Source: Octopus vulgaris
Taxonomy: Eukaryota
DNA: 64,000 bases
Direction of reading: 5' to 3'
Assembly: GCA_951406725.2 (NCBI GenBank)
Contig: OX597841.1
Span: forward strand, 1,240,001 to 1,304,000
The position numbers and the translations under genes were made by a program. Position 1 is the first letter of the stretch; every line of letters begins with the position of its first letter. Below are positions 53,345 through 64,000 of the stretch, in pieces. Under the pieces are notes generated by a model, which was given only the letters and a program-made list of their open reading frames with translations, ran no database searches and was not told the origin of the DNA.

Positions 53345-53385
53345 TACAGTTGAAAAGGTCTCAAATGACTGAAACCGGTACCGAA
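53345..53385 (+). ncRNA. Degenerate minimal hammerhead motif in a (TA)n-embedded fragment (about 53222-53410)
   Basis: CAG-TTGAAAA-GGTC-TCAAAT-GACT-GAAA-CCGG-TA-CCG, with two core substitutions. Confidence 0.45.
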
Positions 53386-53430
53386 ACATTCTTTATAAAA
53401 TTGTTTTTTCATATATATAATATATATGTA

Positions 53431-53862
53431 TCTCTCTCTATATAAACGGCAGTTTGTCTGTCTGTGTGTCTGTCAGGTTGTACCCTCACCCTGACCACGG
53501 CTTTCAACCGATTCTGATGACACTTGACACACACATAGCCCAATGTCATAATTCAAAACTAACGTAGCGAAAATTTTGAAAAGTTCCCCCAGTTCTGAAA
53601 AAAATCGATAAATTCAACATGGGGTCGAGAATCTAAGCTTTTTATATGCAACACATTTTCTGTCTAGGGGACACAATTCGACCTTTTTATCGCCCAAAGG
53701 GACAGCTAGGAACATCGTATATACAGAAGTATTCGAGTGAAGAGAAGACATTGCAACCTACACATGAACCTTCGTTCCCTAGAGGGAAAGGACTAGATTG
53801 GGATTAGTCGTTGCCTACTAGGGGCTCTTACATACCCGGGCAACACCGGGCTATGCTGCTAG
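53431..53862 (+). mobile_element. Non-autonomous Helitron
   Basis: A|TCTCTCTCTATATAAACGGCAG...CCCGGGCAACACCGGG..CTAG|T. The first ~250 bp are shared with 9241-9623. Confidence 0.8.
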
Positions 53863-53875
53863 TATATATATATAT

Positions 53876-54000
53876 ATGTTAGGAACATAAACTGTGACTA
53901 AGGTTTGGTGGAAGATTTTAATTTGAAACCTATGTAAACAAGATATTTGTACTACAGAGTCAGAGGTGGCTTCAGCCGGGTTGGTATCGAAAGGGTTAAA
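53876..54000. mobile_element. piggyBac-like terminal fragment
   Basis: Ends GAAAGGGTTAA (CCCTT terminus plus TTAA). The first ~50 bp recur at about 54655-54705. Confidence 0.5.
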
Positions 54001-54147
54001 TGATGATGGCATAGGTTGGATGGTTTGACTGAGGTCTGGAGAGCCAGCAGCTGCTCTGATACATCTGTTTGTTTTCTACACCACCTGCCTTTGTCTTTTG
54101 TTTTTTTTGTGAATTCTCCCTATATATATATATATATATATATATAT

Positions 54148-54525
54148 CATCATCATCATCATTTAGCATCCGCTTTCCATGCTGGCATGGGTTGGACGGT
54201 TCAACTGGGGCCTGGGAAGCCAGAAGGCTGCATCAGGCCCAGTCTGATCTGGCAATGTTTCTACGGCTGGATGCCCTTCCTAATGCCAACCACTCCATGA
54301 GTGTAGTGGGTGCTTTTTACGTGCCACCGGTACAGGTGCCAGACGAGGCTGGCAACGGCCACAATCGGATGGTGCTTTTTATGTGCCATTAGCATGGAGG
54401 CCAGGCGAGGCTGGCAACAGCCACAATCGGATCGTGCTTTTTACGTGCCACCGGCACAGAGGCCAGTCGGGGCGGTGCTGGCAATGGACACGTTCGAATG
54501 GGTCTCTTATGTGCCGCCGGCACTA
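54148..54525 (-). mobile_element. SINE-like family C with 3-4 internal repeats
   Basis: Colinear with the other C copies. Confidence 0.85.
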
Positions 54526-55390
54526 AGAAATTAAAAAGGGCAAATACACACACTTTACATAGTTTTAATATAATTTTTAATATATCGATCGGTTTTGCTT
54601 TTGCTATTCATGATATTATAGTTTACTTATTTGAATAGTTATCATTCAGCTAGTGTTAGTAACATAAACTGTGACTAAGGTTTGGTGGAAGATTTTAATT
54701 CGAAACTTAAGAAGAAATTTTTGTCCTTGTTGTGTGATGATATTTACGATACATATGTTTATATATTCTTTTACTTGTTTTTGTCAGTTGACTGTGGCCA
54801 TGCTGTGGCCATGAGTGTGATTGTGTGTACTGTTGTGTTTGTGTTTGTTCCCCTCCCCCACACCATTGCTTGACAGCTAGTACTGGTATTTGTCTGTGTA
54901 ACTTAGCAGCTCAGCAAAACTGACTGATAAAATTAGTACCAGACTTAAAGAAATACATGCCGGGGTTGATTCGTTCAACGAAACCCCTTCAAAGTGGTGC
55001 TCCAGCGTGGCCACGTTCCGACGACTGAAACAAGTAAACGAAGGAAAGGGGAAAAGATTAAATGGACTGCACCTGACGAAATAAGATAGGATGGCCATAT
55101 CTGGAATGGAGTGGCCCATCGATTATGATTTGTCTCAATCATCACTGACCTGGGGCTGTGTATCAGCACTCGAGTGAACTGACCGAGTTCCTACTGCAGA
55201 AATCTGACACAGTGTTATTGTAGTTGTTGTTGTTGTTGTTAATGTTGTTGTTGCTGCTGCTGCTGTTTTTGTTTAGCCCTAGGCCGGTCCTGATTAAACA
55301 ACAGAACTTGTTCTATGATGAAATGTAATCAAACATTGGCTGTTTTGACCTTTTCATTCTGGGATTATGTTTATCTTAGGACTTTATTAC

Positions 55391-55430
<40 letters not shown>

Positions 55431-55967
55431 GAGTGGGCGTATTATTATTGAGTAGGCGTCGGAGTGGCTGTGTGGTAAGTAGCTTGCTTACGAACCACTT
55501 GGTTTCGGGTTCAGTCCCACTGCGTGGCACCTCGGGCATGTGTCTTCTACTATAGCCTTGGGCCGACCAAAGCCTTGTGAATGGATTTGGTAGAGATGGA
55601 AACTGAAAGAAGCCCGTCGTATATATGTATGTATATATATATATATATATATATGCGTGTGTGTGTGTGTCTGTGTTTGTACCCCCAACATCGCTTGAAA
55701 GCTGATGCAGGTGTGTTTACATCCCCGTAACTTAGCAGTTTGGCAAAAGAGACCGATAGAGTAAGTACAAGGCTTGCAAAGAATAAGTCCTGGGGTCGAT
55801 TTGCTCGACTAAAAAAGGCAGTGCTCCAGCATGGCCACAGTCAAATGACTGAAACAAGTAAAAGAGTGATGCTGGGGTACAAATATACGATGTCCATTAT
55901 ACCCATCATGATTATTTGTCTGATAAGGGTACACCAGGTACATGTAGGATTATTATTATTGTTAGTA

Positions 55968-56203
55968 TTGAGTGAGAGGGCAACAGGTGCATCAAAGTGA
56001 CACTTGGGTTCAAACAGACAAGACCCAGTATAGCCATCATGATTACCCGTCTGATAAAGGTACACCAGGCACATGCATCTCAACCATATGTGTGCGACAG
56101 GGTGATCTCATATCAAGATAAACAGCGCATGGCCTTGCAGGTGGGGCCCAGCTAGAATTTTCTTCAGGTTGAGTAACCCATCCCACTCAAAAGGGTCCTG
56201 AAT
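55968..56203. mobile_element. Element F, partial (further fragments at about 55866-55945 and 56961-57058)
   Basis: GAGTGAGAG..CATCAAAGTGACACT..GCAGGTGGGGCCCAG. Confidence 0.8.
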
Positions 56204-56256
56204 GATATTATTAATTAATAGCATATTAAAGTGGTGAGGGAGGAAGCACTCCGAAG

Positions 56257-56650
56257 TGGAGGCGCAATGGCCCAGTAGTTAGGGCAGCGGACTCGCAGTC
56301 ATAGGATCGCGGTTTCGATTCCCAGACCGGGCGTTGTGAGTGTTTATTGAGCAAAAACACCTAAAAGTTCCACGAGGCTACGGCAGGGGATGGTGGTGAT
56401 CCCTGCTGTACTCTTTCACCACAACTTTCTCTCACTCTTACTTCCTGTTTCTGTTGTACCTGTATTTCAAGGAGCCGGCCTTGTCACTCTCTGTGTCACA
56501 CTGAATATCCCCGAGAACTACGTACGTTAAAGGTGCACGTGTCTGTGGAATGCTCAGCCACTTACACGTTGATTTCACGAGCAGGCTGTTCCGTTGATTC
56601 GGATCAACCAGAACCCTCATCATTGTAACCGACGGAGTGCTTCCATCCAT
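56257..56650 (+). mobile_element. SINE family E, tail type 1; followed by a family B copy at 56655-56872
   Basis: Near-identical to 44860-45240. Confidence 0.9.
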
Positions 56651-56873
56651 CCATTAAAGTGGTGAGCTGGCAAAGCTGTTAGCATGCCAGGCAAAATGTT
56701 TAATGATGTATCGCACATCGCTATGTTCTGAGTTCAAATTCTGCCGAGGTTGACTTTACCATTCATCCTATCGGGATCGATAAACTAAGTACCAGCGAAA
56801 CACTGGGGTCAATGCAATCAACTGGTCCTCTCCCCCAAAATTTCAGGCTTTGTGCCTATAGTAAAAAGGATTA

Positions 56874-56919
<46 letters not shown>

Positions 56920-56927
56920 CATTATTA

Positions 56928-56962
<35 letters not shown>

Positions 56963-57104
56963 GAGAGCAACACATGCCATCAGAGTGATGCTGGGGTATA
57001 AATATATAAAGCCCAATATACCCTTCGTGATTACCTGTGTGATAAGGGTACATCAGGTTCGATTATCCTCCTCCTCCTCCTCCTCTTCCTCATCATCATC
57101 ACCA

Positions 57105-57135
<31 letters not shown>

Positions 57136-57287
57136 TAACCAGTGTGTCCTTTCTGTTTTTCCACCAGTATTACTATTATTACCAGCACCACAACCACCAC
57201 CACCACCTCCTCTACAACACTAAATACTACTACTACTACTCTTACTACTATTACCACCACAACCACCACCACCACTACCACCACCAT

Positions 57288-57323
<36 letters not shown>

Positions 57324-57399
57324 CAGTACTACAACAGCTGCTGCTGCTGCTGCTGCTACTACCACTCACTGTACTACTGCTGTGATTCAATGATTCCAT

Positions 57400-58160
57400 T
57401 TTCTTCTGCTCTAATCTACTCTCCACTCTGCTCCCCTCCCCTTCTCCACTCCTCTCCTCTCATCTGCTTTGCTCTCCACCATTTCCCTCCTCTCCCACTG
57501 CTCTTCTCTGCCTCCCTCTCTCTCTCTCTGTCGTCTCCTCTTCCTCTTCCTCTCCTTTGATCTACTCTCTCTCTCTCACCATTTCTGTATTGTTCACATC
57601 ACTGCTCTCCTTCTCTCTTCATCTCTGCTCCTCTCCCTCTCTCTCTTTTGCTGTCTCCTCTTCTACTCTCTCTCTCTCTCTCTCTCTCTCCTATTTTATT
57701 CATCTCTGCTCTGCTTTTCTCCTTTATCTCCTCTTCTCATCCTTTGCTCTCTCTCTCTCTCGCTCTCTCTCTCTCTGTTTTATTCATCTCTGCTCTCCTT
57801 TGTTCTTTCCTCTTCATCTCTGCTCTCCTTTTCTCTCATCTCCCCCTCTCCTTCTCTGCTTTCTCTCTTTATTTCCCCTTGCTCTTCTTTTACCCTACTC
57901 TCTTCTCTCCTTCCCCTCTCTCTCTCTCTCTCTCTAATTTATCTCCGCTCCCCCTCACTCATTTCTCTCCATCTCGTGTCTCTTCGCCTCTTCTCTCCAC
58001 TGCCCTCCATTGCCCTGCTTTTTTTCCTCTCCTCTCCTCCCTCTCCTCCCTCTCCCTCTCCCCATCTCTTCTCTCCTCTCCTCTCCTCCCTCTCCCCTCC
58101 TCTCCTCTCCTCCCTCTCCCCTTCTCTTCTCTCCTCTCCTCTCCCCGCTCCTCTCTCCAA
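57400..58160. repeat. ~760-bp polypyrimidine (CT-rich) tract
   Basis: Directly visible; explains the L/S/P-rich ORFs. Confidence 0.9.
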
Positions 58161-59411
58161 AGCATAATAAGTAAATAACTAACTAACCATATCTGCGGAG
58201 TCTAAGTAAATAATCCACATAAATAGATAGTATTTCCAGAGTCTTCTTACTTGCCATGTGAAACCACCACCACCACCAGCACCACCACCAGCACCACCAG
58301 CAACACCGTCCCACCTCCGCTAACCTCCATCACTCTCCGCCTCCCCTCCCCACCACCACCACCGCATCTCAACCCCCCCTCCGGAAGCACACACGATCTG
58401 AGGTTTCAGGCACTCAAGTCAAAAGTCTACGAATATGGTACTTCTCAATCAATACACATCACGTCGTTGCCCCCCACCCCCACCCCCCACCTCCACTCCC
58501 ACTAACCGACCAACCAACCAACCTGCCAACCAGCCAAACAACCAGCCAGCCAGCCAACCAACCAACCAGCCACCACTCCAGCCGTGACACCATCCCTTTC
58601 AGTAAAACTAGCAGTCTGTCTCACTCACTCACTCACTCTCACTCTCATTCATTCACTCACTCACTCACTCACTCACTCACTCATTCACGCTCACTCACTC
58701 ACTCACTCACTCATTCACTCTCACTCACTCACTCATTTACTCACTCATTCACTCTCACTCACTCATTCACTCACTCATTCACTCACTCACTCACTCACTC
58801 TCACTCACTCACTCATCCTCTCACTCATTCATTCTGCTACAATAGAATACTCTACGCTATTCTGTGCTATGAGAGTCGGCTGACGAGCATCTATCAGGTC
58901 ACTCTGCCTGCTAGAATTAGCAGCCAAATTCTCCTCAAATCACATCCTGCCATCTGACGAAAGGAAGGAATATGTTTCTCTTAAGGCGATATCATATCTA
59001 ATCTTTTACTCGTTTCAATCGTTGGACTACGGCCATGCTGGGGCACTGCCTTTGAACAAATCGACAGCAGCACTTGATTTCTTTTCATCGTTAAAGCCCA
59101 GTGCTCATTCCATCAGTCTCTTTTGCCAGACCACTAAGTTACAGGGACGTAAACAAACCAACTACGGTTGTCAAGCTGGGGGGTGGAGGAGAGAAACACA
59201 AACACAAAGACATACACTCACCCATGCACACACAGATATACATGCATATATATTTATACATATATGGGTGTGTGTGTGTGTATGTGTACGTGTGTGTGTA
59301 TGGGTGTACATATATATATACATACATACATACACACATATATATATATACATACATACATACACACACACACACATATATATGTATATATAATCATACA
59401 TATATATATAT

Positions 59412-59475
<64 letters not shown>

Positions 59476-59742
59476 CATATATATACATATATATATATTT
59501 TATTCTCTTATTTGTTTCAGTCATTTGACTGTGGCCATGCTGGAGCACCACCTTTAGTTGAACAAATCGACCCCAGGATGTATTCTTTGTAAACTTGGTA
59601 CTTATTATATTGGTCTTTTTTGACAAACTGCTAAGTTATGAGGACATAAACATACCAACACCGGTTGTCAAGTGATGGTGGGGGGGAAACACAGATACAC
59701 AAATAAATGCATATACACACATACATACATACATACATACAT

Positions 59743-59812
<70 letters not shown>

Positions 59813-59998
59813 GTATATACATATATATACATATATATATATATACTAAGTAATTAAGGGTTTAGCAACGAATTGCCTCACCACACACGAGGTTTTGGGT
59901 CAACCTGAGGCTATAGTAGAAGACACTTGCCCAAGGTGCCACACAGTAGGACTGAACCTGAAACCATGTGGTTGGGAAGCAAACTTCTTACCATAGCA

Positions 59999-60040
<42 letters not shown>

Positions 60041-60323
60041 ATCATAATCATCATCGTCGAGTATTTTAAATCCAGGTTTTGGATGTACCTCAGTGCCATA
60101 GCAACTGTGGTAGGTAGGTGCAGCCCACCCCATCCTTTGGACTGGCTGGTGTCCATTCTCCTTCGCTATAATGAGGCTTTTTTGGAGCTGGATTTCCTAC
60201 AGGGAGCATGCCCTTGCTTACCCCAACCCCAGTTTCTAGGCATGAGTGGTCCCGAGACCAAGGCCTCTACCACGATTTTTTAAGAAATATGTCTATGTAC
60301 ATATGTGTGTGTGTGTCTGTCTG

Positions 60324-60530
<207 letters not shown>

Positions 60531-61055
60531 GTATGGTTCTGGGTTCAGTCCCACTGCTTACCTCCTTGGGCAAGTGTCTTCTAATATAGCCTTGAGCTGA
60601 CCAAAGCCTTGTGAGTGGATCTGATAGATGGAAACTGAAAGAAGCCTGTCATATACATATATGTATGTGTGTGTGTGTTTGACCCCCACCACCATTGCTT
60701 GACAATCGATGCTGGTGTGTTTACATCCCCATAACTTGGCAAAAAGAAACCGATAGAATAAGTACTAGGCTTGCAAGGAATAGGTCCTAGGGCTGATTTA
60801 CTCATCTAAAGGTGGTGCTCCAGCATGGCTGCAGTCAAATGACTGAAGCAAATAAAAAATGAAAAATATATATATATGCAGGTGCAGGAGTGGCTGTGTG
60901 GTAAGTAGCTTGCTAACCAACCACATGGTTCCGGGTTCAGTCCCACTGCATGGCACCTTGAGCAAGTGTCTTCTGCTATAGCCCCGGGCCGACCAAAGCC
61001 TTGTGAGTGGATTTGGTAGACGGAAACTGAAAGAAGCCTGTCGTATGTATGTATG

Positions 61056-61092
<37 letters not shown>

Positions 61093-61649
61093 ATGTGTAT
61101 TTGTGTCTGTGTTTGTCTCCCTAGCATTGCTTGACAACCGGTGCTGGTGTGTTTAAGTCCCCGTCACTTAGTGGTTCGGCAAAAGAGACCGATATAATAA
61201 GTACTGGGCTTACAAAGAATAAGTCCCGGAGTCGATTTGCTCGACTAAAAGGCGGTGCTCCAGCATGGCCGCAGTCAAATGACTGAAACAAGTAAAAGAG
61301 TAAAAGAGAATATACACACACACGCACACATACACACACACACATGCTCAAGATGTTTGTCTTTGAGTTTCCTTCTGTGACCCAGGACTCTAGAAGAAGA
61401 CTCTTGCTCAAATGTCCCTCACAGTGGGATTGAACCCAAGACCACATGATTGGTAAGCGACCTTCTTAGCCACACAGTCACACCCGCACCTACGAATTAT
61501 TGTGCGGCAGCAGTGGGATTAGATACACTTTTAAACACATGGGATGGTCATGTGAGTTGTCTTTAACCGTAGGTTTGTTCGATCAGGGCTGACACCAGAC
61601 TTCAACAAGAACATCAACAACAATGACAACAACCTACGCTTTGACACCC

Positions 61650-62532
61650 TATAACACATGCGCTAGCAAAGGAGCCCGTGTGTTGTTAGAAACAGCAGTC
61701 AAACTCCCTCAGATCAAGCACCTGTCTGGAAACCTCATCATCATCATCGTTTAGCGTCCGTTTTCCATGCTAGCATGGGTTGGACGGTTCTACTGGGGTC
61801 TGTGAAGCCAGAAGGCTGTATCAGGCCCAGTCAAATCTGGCAGTGTTTCTACGGCTGGATGCCCTTCCTAACGCCAACCACTCCGTGAGTGTAGTGGGTC
61901 CTTTTTACGTGCCACCCGCACAGGTGCCAGGCAGAGCTGGCAAACGGCCACGAATGGATGGTGCTTTTTATGTGCCACCAGCACGGGGGCCAGGCGAGGC
62001 TGGCAACGGACACGAACAGATGGTGCTTTTTACGTGCCACTGGCACGAGGGCCAGGTGAGGGCTCTTCCTCTAAAATTGACCGGGGGCTAAAATAACAAA
62101 CAACTACAACAACAATAAAAATAATGACAGCAGTGTGTTGCATTATTCTAAAATGTAGAGCATGGACCAGGATGCTGCTAGAAATAGCAGCCAAATTCCC
62201 TCAGATCACAAATTGGTGTTTTTAAAATATTTTTTTCATACAACTCGTAGCAGGCATAACACATGCGCTAGCAAAGGAGCCCGTGTGTTGTTAGAAACAG
62301 CAGTCAAACTCCCTCAGATCGAGCACCTGTCTGGGAACCTGTTCCTCTAAAATTGACCGGGGGCTAAAATAACAAACAACTACAACAACAATAGAAACAA
62401 TGACAGCAGTGTGTTGCATTATTCTTAAAATGTAGAGCATGGACCAGGATGCTGCTAGAAATAGCAGCCAAATTCCCTCAGATCACAAATTGGTGTTTTT
62501 AAAATATTTTTTTCATACAACTCGTAGCAGGT
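61650..62532. repeat. Tandem duplication of a ~280-bp unit; the first unit is interrupted by a family C element (about 61736-62062)
   Basis: ATAACACATGCGCTAGCAAAGGAGCCCG at about 61651 and 62256; TTCCTCTAAAATTGACCGGGGGC at about 62066 and 62342. Confidence 0.9.
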
Positions 62533-62877
62533 ATTGGTCAAGCCTGGAATAATTTTTGATCATGTGTTTGCTCACCGAAAAAATGACCCCCGGGGTTAAA
62601 ATAATAACACCAACAACAGCAACAGAAACGGTACAATATGCTATACTTCATCAATCGTCAATCTCTCATCTCTGTCTGATCTGATCTTAATACATCCTTC
62701 TCTCTGTCTCTCTCTCCTCACCCCCACCTCCCCCGCCTCTCTCACTCCATCTCTCTCCCTCTCTCCTTCTCTCCCTCTCTCTCTCTCTTTTCCTCGCTCC
62801 CAACTCCAATGCCTTCCCAAACAGCATCACATCACCACTGAGAACCATCCACCATCCCCACCCATTCCTCCCTTCGT

Positions 62878-62922
<45 letters not shown>

Positions 62923-62989
62923 TACCACCACCACCACCACCACTACTACCACCACCACTACTACCACCACTACCACCACCACTACTACC

Positions 62990-63027
<38 letters not shown>

Positions 63028-63226
63028 CACTACTACTACTACTACGGCTGCTGCTGTTGCTACTGCTGCTGCTGCTACTGCTGCTGCTCATTCTGTGCAT
63101 CTTTTGTTTATTTATAGATCTTCTCATGGGCTGCTCTGAAACGCAAGCAAGTCTGTTGTCAGTGTGTGTGTGTGTGCATTATATGTTACTATCATTATTA
63201 TTATTATTAGGATTATTATTATTATT

Positions 63227-63261
<35 letters not shown>

Positions 63262-63277
63262 TATTATTATCATCATT

Positions 63278-63557
63278 GAGGTTGTGAGCTGGCAGAATTG
63301 TTAGCATGCCAGGCAAAATGCTCCACAAGCATATCGTCCGTCTTTACATTCTGAGTTCAAATTCCGCTGAGGTCGACTTTGCTTTTCATCCTTTTTAAAA
63401 TCAATAAATGAAGTACCAGTGAAATTCTGGCTGCTGATGTGATCAACTAGTCCCCTCATTCAAAATTCCAGGCCTTGTGCCTATAACAGAAAGGATTATT
63501 ATTATTATTATTCAGTAGTTTTATTTTTATAGCGTGCTTTCACTTCACTACCGAGCG

Positions 63558-63599
<42 letters not shown>

Positions 63600-63616
63600 T
63601 ACTATTATTATTATTA

Positions 63617-63648
<32 letters not shown>

Positions 63649-63782
63649 GAAGGCGGTGAGCTGGGAGAATTGTTAGCACACAGGGTGAAATGCTTAGCAA
63701 TTTTTCACCTGTCTTTACATTTTGTGTTCAAATTCTGTTGAGGTTGACTATGCTTTTTATCCTTTCGGGGTCAATAAACTAA
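63278..63782 (+). mobile_element. Two diverged family B SINEs separated by (TTA)n
   Basis: GTGAGCTGG..GTTAGCA..TTCAAATTC at about 63285 and 63655. Confidence 0.8.
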
Positions 63783-64000
63783 CGCATGCACTCACAGACA
63801 CATGCACACACACACACACACAAGCTCACACATACACAAACACAGACACACACACACACACACGCAGATATGCACAAACACACACATACACACACACACA
63901 GATGTATAAACAGACACAAGCACACATATGCACATACACAAACACACACACAAACATACACACACATACACATACATACACATACACATACACACACATA

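Noticed and set aside
54580-54618. Hammerhead-shaped motif on the minus strand (ATATC-ATGAATA-GC-AAAA-GC-AAAA-CCGA-TC-GATAT)
   Set aside because: It has four deviations, including G12, so it is too degenerate to call without a family consensus.

Overview
Eukaryotic, AT-rich, extremely repeat-dense window that looks intronic or intergenic. The mix of very long (TA)n/(CA)n/(TTA)n/(GAT)n microsatellites and several tRNA-derived SINE families is what I would expect from an octopus (coleoid cephalopod) genome; this is inference, not verified. No complete protein-coding gene is supported. Almost every ORF in the track is a microsatellite translation or a SINE read-through. What can be recognised: (1) five SINE or SINE-like families, labelled A-E here, plus a (TTA)n-embedded element F; (2) fragments of RTE and CR1-type LINEs; (3) mariner/Tc1 remnants and MITEs; (4) two non-autonomous Helitrons; (5) local tandem duplications. 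The most interesting signal is a set of short (TA)n-embedded elements carrying type I hammerhead ribozyme motifs, of the Penelope-like pLTR or retrozyme type. One has an intact catalytic core (4895-4984), one forms a 129-bp fold-back pair (35472-35758), and several are minimal or degenerate. Also noted: conserved-stem/variable-loop hairpin arrays inside SINE C, modular head/tail swapping among SINEs, repeated same-site SINE-in-SINE insertion, and a few low-confidence candidate microexons. Family labels are mine, and element boundaries were read by eye (roughly +/-10 nt unless a motif is quoted).
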